Shown here piece after piece: positions 25,028-37,640 of a stretch of 64,000 nucleotides of DNA. The notes beneath the pieces were generated by a model. The model was not told where the DNA came from. It did no database searches and was given only the letters and a program-made list of their open reading frames with translations. Origin of the DNA: Lama guanicoe (taxonomy: Eukaryota); contig MU053431.1 of the NCBI GenBank assembly GCA_013239625.1, positions 1 to 64,000 of the forward strand. Direction: 5' to 3'. The translations under genes were made by a program, and so were the position numbers. Within the stretch, counting starts at the first letter, position 1; the number at the start of each line of letters is the position of its first letter.

Positions 25028-25680
25028 ATACCAGAGAGGATGGTTTTGGGTGGAAGTGACAGGAAACCCAACTCAAAATGGTTTAAACAAATGAAAATGT
25101 GTCGGATCATGTAATGGGGAAGGTTGCTGTAAGCGCTTAATAGGTATTATCAGAGCTGGGTTGTCTCGAGCTCCCAGCTAAACTCTGCTGTCTGCTGGGT
25201 GTTTGCCTTACAGTCGGACAGGTCTCTCCTCATGGTCACAGGAAGGCTGCCAGCTGCAACTGGGCTACATGGCCCAAGGTTCACATCAGGGGAACAGAAC
25301 CTCAGGAATCACTCTGATTGGGCTCCCACTCTGATTTGCTCGCATGCTCAGCCTGAACCACTCAGTGTGGCCAGGGCAGCATGATGTAGGGGCTGGTTTA
25401 GCCCAGGGTCACGTGTTCTAGCCCTAAGGCTGAGTGTGGCTGGGTATGGAGCTCACACCACAAAGAGGCCTGCCCTGCCCTCAGAAGTGCCCTCTGCTTG
25501 GCTTAATGCTCTGCTGTCATCATCCTGAAATTCTTCATAATTGTTAAACAAGGGACCCCATGTTTACATTTTGTACCGGGACCTGCAAATCATGTAGCCA
25601 GTCACCACAGATGAAAGTTGGGGCTGATTTTAGAAAACAGGGAATATAGCTGAGTTGACAAAACATAAATGCCCACTGCG
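25028..25680 (-). mobile_element. MLT1K/L-like MaLR LTR, interrupted by a MER45A-like element
   Basis: ggtggaagtgacaggaaacccaactcaaaatggtttaaac (reversed LTR 3' end), ctctgattgg, gcctgaaccactcagtgtggccaggg. Confidence 0.75.
25455..25605 (+). mobile_element. MER45A-like hAT-Tip100 DNA transposon
   Basis: gcttggcttaatgctctgctgtcatcatcctgaaattcttcataattgttaaacaagggacccc...cattttgtaccgggacctgcaaatcatgtagccagtc matches the recalled consensus. Confidence 0.75.
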
Positions 25681-26299
25681 ATGGGCTGTGCTACGTCACG
25701 TGACAAACTGGGTTTCTCCTGGAATAGTTCTGTCACCTGCGGTCTCTAATCCTGCACTTCGTGTGTGGGAGGGTTGGGCTCCACCAGGGTCTCAGCTCTG
25801 CTCTTCCCCATGGGTGTCTGCCTCCCTTAGGTTGTGGAAATCAATCTGTACCTTGCACCAAGTTTACGGACAGTGACATTCTTAAATCTAAGTTGCCTCA
25901 CTGTATTAGTATTAAAAAGTGGCTGTAAATTAAAAGGGAGAAAACCATGTTACAAGAATGAGAAAACTGAATTGATGGATCCCAGCTTTATTCAGCTCTT
26001 GGCAACCACCAGTGCTATGGAAATTTTCCAATATGAAAATCCCAAGGTTTAGGGCAATGCTTTTTGAAGGTTCTTATAAATTGGTAACAGCTTGGTGTAG
26101 TGGATTAGACATATTTCCTTAGTCTGCTTTCTTTCCACAAGTAACCCAATTATTTTCCTCTAATTGAGGAGCAAGGCAGACACTTAAATGGCATCTAAAT
26201 ATTTCCGATGTGCTTCCTTTTCATCCTCATAAATGGTCCCATCCATCCATTTCAGTGAAAAGTATATTATATGGCCATCTTTCAAAAAAGGGATTAATA

Positions 26300-26800
26300 T
26301 ATTTACTTTAGCTATCAATATGTGAATATATTCTCTTGCAGAAAAGAAAGAAAACAGAGCATTCCAGGTGAGGTGAAAGTCCTTTCTGACCAACTCTCCC
26401 CATCTCCCATTTCCCATCACTCATTCTCCATCCTTGTCTCTTCTCAGAGGTGACCGGTTATCAGTTCTGTATCTTCTTCCAGAATGTTCTATGCATTTAG
26501 GTCTCTCTCTCCACAGGAAACATCTAAAATTGTTCTGTTTTCACATGAAGGCATCATCATGTACGTCTCCTGATTTTTTAAAAAGCTCACATAGCTTGGT
26601 GAGTTTCCATGTGATCATGTGCAGATCCACCTCGCCCTTTTTTAACTGCAGGAGAGCCGGTGCTGTAGAAACAGTTCACATCTTATAAAGCCTCCACGGG
26701 CCTTTAGGCTGACTTGTGGTTTTCACTGTTTCTCACGCACAAAAAACACTGCAGGGAACATCCTTGCACGGGCCTCTGAGGGCAGCGTGCTTGCCCAGCA
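26300..26800 (-). mobile_element. L1ME 3' region
   Basis: cagaggtgaccggttatcagttctgtatcttcttccagaatgttctatgcatt...tttttaactgca...aacactgcagggaacatccttgcac. Confidence 0.65.
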
Positions 26801-26809
26801 TGGACACTG

Positions 26810-27100
26810 AGAGGTGCTAGGAGGCTGCAGGGCATGGGGGCCTGGGGGTCTCTGTGAAGTGGACTCTGAGATGGCTGACTAGGGGCTGGTCTGGGGAAGG
26901 AGCGGCAGTGAGACTGGCCAGAGGGGCCTTGTGATGAAGCTGCACTGAGATCTCAGTCACCCCCGTGGTTGAGGGGGTGAGCTCTGGCGCAGGGATGGCC
27001 CTTCCAAGTTACTCCGAGTGGAGCTGGGTCAGGTGTTTGCACCCCACATCAGTGGACTGTGGGCTGTCTTAGGGGAGGCGTGACCTTGAAGGTCTTCAGC
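26810..27100. mobile_element. ERVL-class LTR fragment, subfamily not assigned
   Basis: gagctctggcgcagggatggcccttccaagtt...gggctgtcttaggggaggcgtgaccttg resembles old ERVL LTRs. Confidence 0.5.
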
Positions 27101-28399
27101 AGGCCCAGGGATGGGGAAGGCCAGGGTGTGGTGCTGGGGGCTTGACTGTGGCCGTCAGCCAGGAACACTGGGGACAGGACAGCGTGAGGAGCGGCAGGTC
27201 AGGTCCTGAGGGTGGGGTGTGGGCAGAGCCCCACAGGCCCCCGGGGTCCTCACGTTTAAAGAACGTGAGATTGCCTCTAATGGGCTGTGGACTTGTAGGG
27301 GGGGTGTAGTTAGGAGGGGATGGGTGGCTTGGTTTGGACGGGAGAGGACATTGTCAGATAACCTGAGGCAAAATCTGAGGCATCCAGGACCAGTGCCACC
27401 GACCTGCAGGTCTGCAGCCATTTCCAAAAATAGCCTTGGTTTCCCGCCGCTCGGACTGTCATTCCGTCACCTACCAAGTTAGCGCAACCTCATCTTTTCC
27501 CTTCAAGGCGAGTGGCCTTTAAGGTGATGTCCGGGCTCTGACACCTTGTCAGATGCCCCTGACCAGCGCCTCTTTCAGAGCTGTGAGACTCTAAATGTAA
27601 ACTGTCATCTTTTAACGTATGCTGCTCAGGTGGCCCCATCACTTGGAGGAGCCTGAATAAACTGGGGTTTGATAACTTGTTTTTATACAATAAATTTTAT
27701 TAAACATAAATGGGAATCATTAGCTGAAACACTTAATTAAAACCATGGCCAAATTAGATAAATGTTAAGGAGAGTTCTCTAAATTTATTGCCCAATGATC
27801 TATAGGCTTGCTTAGAAATACACTCCCGGAAACCTCCTTAATGAAGCTATTAAGTGCATAAATATCATATGTGCCAAATGGCGAAATTTAGTGATGATCT
27901 ATCCCAATTCACTTGCTAAGTAAATAAACCCCCTTGAAAGAAGCCACTAACTTCTGCTGCTGACAACCACAGGACAAAATCCCTCACCTGCCTGAAAACA
28001 GACCTTTTAAAACAGGCAATTTATTGGACCCCGAGGCTAGGAAGCAAGGAGCTTCTCACCATCAGGAAGCCACGGGCTGCTGCACTTTTGCTCGGTCTCT
28101 TGCAAATACAGAGCAGGCACCTGCCAAAGACACACCCAGGCTTTACTTCTCTGTGCTAACTGATGTGGAGTCTGGTGGAAGCTCCTCTGCTTGCAGAGGT
28201 GGGTGAGCTCTTGGCTTGACCTGGAGGCCCAGGAGGGCTGCAGGTGTGTGCAGTCTGGAGGTGTGGCCTTGAAGGCGCCCTGCCTACCCACCCCTCCCAT
28301 CCTTAGAACCTTGCTTGTAGCCTTTAGCGGCCAGACCTTCCATGCTAACAGGTGGATGATCCTCTGCTCCTCACTCAGGGGCTCAGGTAGGAGGCTTGG

Positions 28400-28892
28400 A
28401 TAGAAGGATCCCTTGATGGTGATCTTGGCCCACAGCTGGCGCTACGTGGATCGGCCCGCCTTCCCTGTTGCCCTCACTGACCTCACCAACTGCTCCTGTC
28501 CCGCCCTGCTCACAGCTCCAGCTGCATCAGCACCTTGATGCCTACCTTCTCCCAACCTGGGGTGCCCTACCCCCACCTCCACGATAACCACAGGGCTGCT
28601 CCCTCCCCGCTCTGATGGCAGGCTGCCAGCTCACCTCTCTTCACTGTGTCTAAATAGGACTCTCGCCCCTGTCGTCCTGACCCTGCATTCTGCTTGTTTC
28701 ATAGTGCTTGTCTCCACCTGACATATTTCAGATTTATCCATTTATCATCCGTCTTCCTTCCTATGAATGTAAACACCAGTGGAGCCGTGGGAGGGAACAG
28801 TCACTTTTTTGCTCACTGTGAATCCCTCACACCTAACGCAGAGCCTGGCACACGGAGGATGCTCACCAATTTTTTAAATAAATGAATGAATA
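28400..28892 (+). mobile_element. L2a 3' end
   Basis: ttgctcactgtgaatccctcacacctaacgcagagcctggcacacggaggatgctcaccaattttttaaataaatgaatgaat is the L2 3' terminus with its aatg tail. Confidence 0.9.
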
Positions 28893-29249
28893 ATAAGCAG
28901 CAGCCACTTGGAGGCTGTGCTGTGCTGGGACAAGAGCTACACCCTCCCCTGGAATGGTTCCCGGCTCGCAGGGATCTGAGATGAAGTAAACAGGAGATGA
29001 TGGAAAATCGGGTGGCGTTCTCATGGGACGTGCGGGTGTGGAGTGGCACGTGGGTGGGGAGAGTGCGGACGGGAGAGGCTGAGCGTGGAGTGGGGGTCGC
29101 CAGGTGAAGGGGGCTGTGGAAGTGACTGGCTGAACAATGCCAGGGCCAGGTGAGCGGGGGCTGGAGGACTGGTCCCGGAGGTACCTGCATGCAGGTGGGA
29201 GTCGAAAGCCTCCTGAAGGTGCTGGTCTGTCTGGGATGCCTCTCTCCCA

Positions 29250-29548
29250 CCTGCCAGTCTGCCTTTCTCATGAAGACAGAAGCCTCTGTAGATGGATGCA
29301 TCTGCTGGATGCATTACATGGACCTTCTCTGAACCAATTTCTAAGATCATCTTATCCTGCAGGCAAGGGAGGTTTGTTTTTTATTAAAGTGGCAATATCA
29401 AGTTTCTTGTAAAAGTGCATTCAGTAAGAAAGTGAGTCAGTTGAATAAAAAAAACAAAAAACAAAGAGTTAAGTAAATTAGATAGTGTTAACAGACAGTA
29501 TGGAGAGATGCAAGGCCAGGGGAGGTGGTGCAGGCTGGGACACGCTGG
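29250..29548 (+). mobile_element. hAT-Charlie (Charlie4-like) fragment
   Basis: cagtaagaaagtgagtcagttgaa...ttaagtaaattagatagt...tatggagagatgc...ggctgggacacgctg resembles the Charlie4z terminus. Confidence 0.55.
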
Positions 29549-29637
29549 GCCCCGTCATGCCACAAAGATGGCCTGACTTCACTGCGTTCCAGTGAATCAG
29601 TGTTTCGTGGCAATGGGTGTGGACATTATACTGCCCA

Positions 29638-30078
29638 TTCTACTGGGTTGAATAATGTCCTCTAGAAGTTCACATCCACTGGGGACCTGAGAAAGTGCCC
29701 TGTCTGGAAGGAGGGCCTCTGCAGATGCAGTTAGTTAAGACGAGGCTGCACTAGACTAGGGAGGCTCTAACACAATGACTTTTCTTATTAGAGGAAAATC
29801 TGGACACAGAGACAGACGTTCAGGAAAGAAGGCCATGTGCTGACAGAGGCAGAGACGGTGACACAGCCACGTGCCCAGCGATGCTGAGGGTCGCTGGCAA
29901 CCACCAGAGCTGGAAGGGCTGGGCAAAGATTTCTCCCAGACACTCTGCAGGGGGCAGTGTGACTGCCAGCACTCTGAAGTCAGACTGCCAGCCTCCAGAC
30001 CCCAGAGGACAAATTTCTGTTGTTCTAAGCTACCCAGGTAATGGTCATTTATCACAGCAGCCACAGGAAACCCACACA
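29638..30078 (+). mobile_element. MLT1B/C MaLR solo LTR, near full length
   Basis: gggttgaataatgtcc...tgcagatgcagttagttaagacgagg...ccaccagagctggaag...gcctccaga...aaatttctgttgttctaagctacccag...acagcagccacaggaaac. Confidence 0.9.
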
Positions 30079-31149
30079 ACCACTTTCTGAAAATTGATCA
30101 TTAGATGCTCAATTAATAATTAAGAAAAATGGCCTTCTGTGGTGTATCAATGAACATCCTGACAGTCATTAAACTTCTTTCTTCCAGTTGTTATCCTGGG
30201 TGAATCCTTCCAAAGCCGTAAGGTGAAACCCTAAGATTCTGACCCAAACCACAGAGTCATCAAAATATTAAGTGTATTTTATCTTAACAAGTAGAAAACT
30301 ACCCACCTTTGCATGAAAAACAGGCTCTTGCTGATTTGTATTTTTATTTCCAATAAATCTGATGCCATCAGGCAGCAGGACAGGTGGCTGGCCTGGAATA
30401 ATGACCCTTCTGGATATATCCTTCTCTTGTTCTCATTTACAGTGTTGGAGGCATAAAAGCATATTTTCATAAAACCAACCCTTCCATATGAAAGCAGATT
30501 TATCATTCAGATCCATCATTAATTTCCCAATGACGTTCTCACTGCCCATAAAAAAGACTTAGAGCTCTTTATGAAAATTTTATTCCAGAGAAAATGGTCT
30601 TGGAACATGGTCTGTACCGACCTCTTTTAACCTCTGGTTCCCTGTGTTGTTATTATTAAGTCATAATGTCGCTTCCTGCCAACATCACTCTTCCCTCTTT
30701 GTACTTCAGAAACCAAGCGATGCCTTTTGGAGTGGAGGACAAGTCAGCACTTAGTCATCGCCTTGTGCTCCTGGCCAGTCCCCGCGCTCCTGCTTGGATG
30801 GCAGTCTTACATCATCTTTTACGAGTACTTCAACTTATTTGCAATTAAGTTTAGATTGTCTAATAAAATCTGGTGACATTTTAGCTTACAGTTTATGTCC
30901 CAGTAAAAGGCTCCAAATGTTATTGCCATAAGAATCCATGTGACAACCCAACATAAACCTTTTGTCTCGGGCTGGACAGCTGACTGTGTGTTTAGAAACG
31001 GTACAACAGGGAGATGGAGGGACCAGGGGCTGTGATGTTGATGATTCCCGAGGGCTTGCTTCATTTCCACTGTCAAGTTCCTCTTCTAGAACTCAAAATG
31101 GTTCTGCTCTTCCTCCCGCCCCTCTCTCCCTTTCTTTTCTTCTCTACTT

Positions 31150-31680
31150 CCTCATTACTGAGGTAAGAATACTTAACATGAGATCCACCTGCTTGATGTT
31201 TTCAGTGCACCATACCGTGGTGTTAGCTACAGGCACGGTGTTGTACACAGATCTCTGGAACATAGTCATCTCGTGTAACTGAAGCTTCATACCTTCATAT
31301 GTCTTGAGCATCAACTCCCCATCTGCCCCTCCTGCCAGCCCCCACCAATCTCCTCTCTGCTTCTCTGTGTCTGACTGCTTCAGATAGCGCGCATAAGTGG
31401 AATCATGCGGTATTTTGCTTCTTTCCTTAAGCAAAATGTCCTCCAGGTTCTTCCCTGTGGTTGCATTTGGCAGGATCTTCTTTTCGAAAGCTGGATAATA
31501 TCCCACTGTGTGGGATGCAGCACATTTCCTTTGTCCACACACCCGCCCCGTGGACACTTAGGTTGTTTCCATGGCTTGGCTATTGTAAATAGCACTGCGG
31601 TGAACACAGGGGTGCAGATATCTCTTCAGATCCTGATTTCACTTCTTTTGGAGGCATACCCAGAAGTGGGATTCTGGACA
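31150..31680 (-). mobile_element. L1MA/L1MB 3' end
   Basis: gtaagaatacttaacatgagatccacc...gttgtacacagatctctggaac...tggacacttaggttgtttccatggcttggctattgtaaatag; ORF 31380..31607 (MFTAVLFTIAKPWKQPKCP) is the L1 ORF2 C-terminal motif. Confidence 0.92.
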
Positions 31681-33159
31681 GAAATGGGTTGAGACACCTC
31701 TGGATAAGAGCAGGGGGTGGCTGGCCAGTCTCAGCCCTTGCCTGGTTCGTGGACGCAGTGAAAAGCGGCAGAGAAGGCTCGCCATGTTTTCAGAGAGAGG
31801 AGACATGGGGACTGAGTATGCAGGAGGAGAAGAGGCCAGTGAGCTGCTTCAGTCTCCTACTGAAGGAGATGCAGCGTAGAAGCAGCGACTTCATTTTCAA
31901 ACAGAAAGTACATCCGATGAGGAAAAGCTGCCAGTGCCTTTGGAAGCAGTCTTCCAAAAGCCCTTGGGATTTATAACCCTGAACTACGCTAATGGGTGCT
32001 CTGGATGAACCTCTAGGTGTAACTCGGATGAAGTGTGGACTATTCCATGACTCCCACGTCTTAAGAGCTTACAGATTACAGAAATGAAACCAGTTCATGC
32101 AAATACTCTCTGCTCTCAGAGTATTTTCATGCTTGCCCTTGTGCGGGGATCTGGGTTATAAAGTATTGTGGTTAGACCTGAAAATCCTCCACTGTGTGGA
32201 CAGAGGACCCTCTATTTATAGCTCTCCTCGTGGTGACTTACAGCGTGTGCATTAATCTCCATGCGAATTCTGAGCTCCCAAATGCCTAAGGAGATATGCT
32301 AAACCCTTTTCCCTGTGGCATTCTTCCAGACAGAATTTAAGAGACACCAGAGAATGGCACATTTATACTGAGTATGCAGTTTCCTAAACACGAAGAAGAT
32401 GAACAGCTCTCAGTTAAGGAACAGGTCAGACAGGAGCCTGAAACTGGGTATTTGAGCCGACACAGAACAGAAACACCTCAAGTGGCTTTGGGAAGTTTGC
32501 TGCATCTAAGCTTCCTACAATCCTATGATTAGAAATAGATTGAGGTCAGAGAGTGCGGCCCTATTTGAATTAATGAAAAAGCCCAATTGCTCAGAGCGCT
32601 GGTTTCTGCATGGCCTGTCTGACTGCCGGCTCCGGAGGTACGAGGCCTCCTTTGCAGGGTGGAGGCAGCAGCGGGCCCGCCCCTTCCCTCCGATCCCCAC
32701 TGTCTGATAACAAGATTCCAGATAAGATTGTTGTGGAGAAAAGGACAAAATGACTCTGCTATTAATTCAAAGGAGGAGGGATTATTAATGATAAGACTGA
32801 AGTGTGAATTATTTAAAAAGAAAAAAATCAATCTGTTTACTCTTAAATGCTGGAGAAGCTTCAAGAGCAGTAAGTAGATGGACCTTTTGCCCAACAGAAT
32901 GTGGTCAAACTAAGTGTCCATTCACTAGTCTAACCCTGGGGTGATCTTAACCCCGCTGAGTCCCAGGTCCTCCGCTTTAGTAAGTTCCTGGGCCACCGTC
33001 AGGGTTACAGGTAAATACTCAGGGCTTGCCTGGGCTACTGCTGTGGAGGGTCTGGACAACAGGCCTGCCTCAGTGCACAAAGGAAGTGGGGTAACGGATG
33101 TCATGTGAGGGGAGGTCTTGGTTCCCCACCCTGGGTTCCTGTTGACCATTTTAAGGCCC

Positions 33160-33500
33160 TAATCACTCAGAGTTCTTTGGTAGCAAGCAACAGAAACCAG
33201 CTCTGCTATTTTTAGCAACAAAGAAGTTTCCTGGAAGGCTATTGGGTGGCTAGTACACAGAGTGGACAGAAATGCTGGCGAATCAGGCCCAGCAGCAGGA
33301 AGGAAACCAGGGAAGTCCCTTCAGAACCAGAACTGAACTGAGACTTGCTGGCACTGGTGTCTGTGTTTTTCTCTGCTGACCTGAGTCCCTCCCGCTTTGC
33401 CAGCCTGCTCCCTGTGGGAAGGCAGGGCGCCTTCACTGAGCTGCACTCAACTGAGTGCAGGGAGGGGGTGAGTGACGTCCCCAAGCAAACCCGGATGCCG
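33160..33500 (-). mobile_element. Old MLT1 (M/N/O-like) LTR fragment
   Basis: cagagttctttggtagcaagcaacagaaaccagctctgctatttttagcaacaaagaag is a reversed MaLR LTR end. Confidence 0.6.
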
Positions 33501-36169
33501 GGAGCCGACATGCTAGACGTCTGTGGTGGGCCTGGTGTGGCCTGAGCCTCCCGCCCGCCCTGCGTGCCCACCGCCGCCCTCCTCTCTCAGGCTTTCTCAC
33601 TGAAGCCTCCAGCCTCTGCCAGCTGGTAAGAAGTCCTTGTCAGTTCCAAGTCAGCTGCCGCAGCTTGTTTATCTGAAGTCAGGATTTTGCAGATGCATTG
33701 CCTGCCACCGCCAATATTCCTGTCATCAGGCAGGCAGGCAGCAAGTGGCATATGCTGCTGTCCCAGGGAGTCTGAGGGTCTTTCTAATGATGCACTCCAA
33801 AACTTGGCCTTAGATCTCAAAAGTTTCCAAGTTAACTAATAACCAGAGTCCCCAGAAACAACGTGAGCAAACATTCGTTCCCAGTGCCTTTCCGAGGCAG
33901 AGCCTGGATGCGTGGGTTTGAACGAAGGCTGAATAAATAACCCGCACGTGTTATCTCATGCGAATGCCGGCTCCCCATTTGTCCCCCTGTGCGATGACTT
34001 CTTTAGTATTCTGTGAGTAAATTCCTTAGATTTGTTTCTAAAGTATCTTATTCTGTAAGATATGAAGAAATCTAGGGAAGAAAAAAAAGAATAGAGGCAT
34101 ATGGGCTAATTAAAAAAAAAACCTTGCAAAACTAACAGAAACAAACCGCCTCTGAGTTTCAGGCTTATGAAATATTTATTCAGTGGCAACGAAGACACTG
34201 AAGTCGGAAATGAACTTTGCAAAGTAATTACTTTTGATCCCAGTAAAACGCATTCAAAGGCCTTCAGGTAAACACCATCCTTGATAGGCAGGAGGTGAAT
34301 TGTAAAGCAACATCATGCTTTTAAAGGAAACAAGGAATGAACCAAAGTCAGCAACTTGCCCAAGCCCTGTCGAAAAGCGCTCCTGTGTGAAATGTTCTGT
34401 GTGGTGCTCCCTGAGCGCACAGGGGAGATAAGAGAGGGGAAGACGAGACAGGATCAAACGGCAGGTGAGAAAAGCCACCGGAGGCAAAACCAGAGAGGAG
34501 TCTCCTTCTCCTTAAGGAAACCTTAAATAATGCACATGTATTTAAAAATAGAATGTGTGCAGCTAATTTTGATAAAGATCTTTAAAACAACATTAAAATG
34601 GAAATGCACTCAAACTAGCATCTCCTGGGAAAATGTCACTCATTATGTTACATTTGTTTTCCATTTGGTTGCAGTGCTCTTGTGAAAATAGCTTTATCTT
34701 CAATACTCCCAGAGTAGAAGGAAGAGGTTTCATGGAGAGGGGAGCTTTTTAGCCTTTTTTTCCCCCCCAGTTTTATGTGAATTCTCCAGGGAGAGTTTGC
34801 TCTGTGCCAGGCACACAAGCTCTACCAAGGACTGAGTTACCCGGTGCTGCTCCGAGGGTGTGTGTTTGCCTATATTCTTTTATTTTTAGATTTTAAGTCT
34901 GTCAGGGCAGGCCAGGGCCCATCCCCACGCTTATTAAGAAGTAACACTACCCACCAAAGAGCTCGGTAAAAATGACCTCGGTTCCAAGCTAGCACACGGT
35001 TAGTCCCTGTAAGACCTGGTTGTCCTGGGTCCACACAGACCCAGCTGGAGACGATGTGATGAGTTCGGAAGGTGGAAAGCTTGTCATGGGGCTATTCTCA
35101 TCTAGGTGCAGGCAACCAGTCCTTTCAGGAAGAAGACACGCCGTCAGCATCTCACTCCTCACGAATGTCAGCTTTGGGGCTAGCAGGAACAGGTTCCCTT
35201 CTCTGAGAGCTGTTATAAGAAGTGAGTATTTCTATAAATTCCTCATATGAAAAAAGGTATAAAAATCTGAACCTGTCTCTTTGCTTTCATAAAAACCCTA
35301 AAACAATTTCTTATAGCCCAAATGTCATTTTTGAAACACTATTCTTGGAACCCTCCTGTTGAAATCTTGGGACACTACCTGAAAAGAAAAGAAACAAAAA
35401 AGCCTCCCTCCTCCTCATAAGGAGTAAAATTCTACTAACATTTTTGAAAGAAAAGCCTGGAATTGGTCTTTTTCTCCTGTTGGACTACAGAGCAGCAGGG
35501 AAGGTGAGCAAAGATTCAGAATAGCAATAAAGGTCAGGTCATCCCCCAGAGAGGTTCCCAGCTCCTCTGAGCCTTCGTAATTGGAAAAGTTGTGGATGCT
35601 GAGGGCATGCTTTCGAAGATTTGGAAACCAAGCCAGAGGTGCCATCTTTGGGGTTATCAAATGGGGCCGATCCTCGCCGTCCACTGAAGTGGGAGAAAGA
35701 TTCAAGCTCTCAACACAGGCTTCCGGAAAGCCACTGAAAACCCCTGCTGGGAGAATGCTTGGTGCACAGGTGAGCTCCCAGGAGCCCTCCCAGGAGCTCC
35801 CAGTGGGGCAGTGGGAGGGCAGGGCTGGAAAGATGGAGAGGCCAGGCGAGGGCCCATGGATGTGATCCTCAGGGAACCAGGAGGGTTTCTTAGGTTGGGG
35901 CTCACACATCCCTCGGTGGCTGGTCATTGGCCAAGGGCTGCCCTGGGGGCCACGAACTCCTGGCACCTGTGCTGTTAGCAAGTACAGGCAAGGGGGCTCG
36001 GGAGCCAAATGAAGCCAGAAGGGAGCAGGGGCCTTGCTCAGAAATGGTGAGAGGGGCCGGAGGTGACCTCGGTGGAGCACCTATAGTGCCCTCTGCCCCG
36101 GGCATTGCAGACTGAGAAGCCCCTGGCGGAAGGTGTGCCCCCTGAGTGCTCCATTCGTGCTCTTGGGAA

Positions 36170-36325
36170 ACCTTCATGTGATGAGCCGCTTCCTGTATCT
36201 GCCCTGCTGATCCCACCCTCTCACGTATGAGCACGCTGAGGCTACACGGCCTAAGTCATCTGCCCAAGGGCACTACAGGCCAGTCACCAAGGGACACTCG
36301 GGCTTACTCCGGAGCCACGCCCCCT
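36170..36325 (-). mobile_element. MIR fragment
   Basis: gtatgagcacgctgaggctacacggcctaagtcatctgcccaagggcac. Confidence 0.6.
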
Positions 36326-37319
36326 GCATCCCATCCCCAGCCTTTCAACTTCAGCCAAATGTCCTAACAGGCAATTTGTTGGAAAACCACTTCCTCTCCG
36401 AGATTAAACAGATTCCCTTGTTACTTTGCATGCTTTGTGGAGTCCTGGCTTGTTTGTCTGACTACATTCTTCTCTTCCACATGGAAGACAGGCAAAGACC
36501 CCCTCTTCCCCAGCAGATGTGACGGTATTGCTAAGTGACAGTGAGGAGTAATTAGTACCTGAATCCCACTGCCTGCAACCTGTGTGCCGTGGTTCCCATG
36601 TTCCTTGTCAAGTGGGCTTCGAGGCGCATGGATAATTCATGGCTGCAGCCCGCGTGCTGGCAGAGAGATTCTGCTCTGGCCGCTGCTGGAAAAAGCAGCT
36701 CAACTAACTTAATGGTGGGGGAGGGTGGCGGTTTGCCTTCTGAGAGAGGGTTTGCACACACGGAACTGGCTGATGACCAGCTGCAACGGGCTCTTCTGAA
36801 CACACAGAGATGCCCCATCAACCGCCCGAAGCAGATCCCTGAGGAGGGCTGGGTTGGTCTGGGGGTTCCCCGTTCCCCTCCAAATGCTCTGCTTGTAGCT
36901 CTTGAGGATTTACTCACTCATCCAGGGAGTCCCTGTGGAGCCCTGCTGCGGGAATGAAGGAGTGAGCCAGGGCTCTGTCCCTGGTCTCCCACAAGGACAA
37001 ACAGGTTGCTGGCGACTGTTGTCACTTGGATGCAGGGAGGGGCCCATGCCATCAGCTGTGGCTGGGCCGCACAGGCGGGGCTGGGGCAGCCTGCTGGGGG
37101 CTGGGGTTCACTCAGCTCCTGGGAGGGAGCTGAAGGGGGATCCCAGGAGACAGGACACAAGGAAGACGCCCCCAGAGAGTGCAGCTCGAGCTTACCTGGG
37201 GCGACAGGCTTTCTCCTTGAGTTTGATATTCAGGATGGAGCTATTTCCTGGTTTCAGGGGCTGACTTACTAACACGTCTCAGGACAGGGTCTCAGAAAAG
37301 TGGCCAAGCTCTCCCCGCG

Positions 37320-37640
37320 GTGTGCGTGTATGTTTCTACGTGAGTGAGTGTGTCTGCACATGAATATATGCATGTGCATGTTGGTGTACATGCATCCATC
37401 TGTGTGTGTGTGTGTGCATATGTGATCTTGTGTCTGCCAGTGTGTGTTCACACTTGAGTGTGTAAACACGCTCATGTCTAAATAGATATGCATGTGTGCA
37501 CACTCGTGTGAACATGAATTTGAATGTGTTTGAGTGAATGCACGTGTGAATGTGTCCATGCATGAATGTGCATGAGTATGCCTGAGTGTGCATGTGGCAT
37601 GTATGTGTGAGAGCTGTGCACGTGTGCATGTGTGTGTGCA
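37320..37640. repeat. Degenerate (TG)n / (TGCA)n low-complexity tract
   Basis: About 320 nt of tgtg, tgca and catg units; source of the His/Thr-rich ORFs. Confidence 0.9.

Noticed and set aside
35415..36080. 221-aa minus-strand ORF
   Set aside because: Pro/Ser-rich, no recognisable family and no convincing exon structure.
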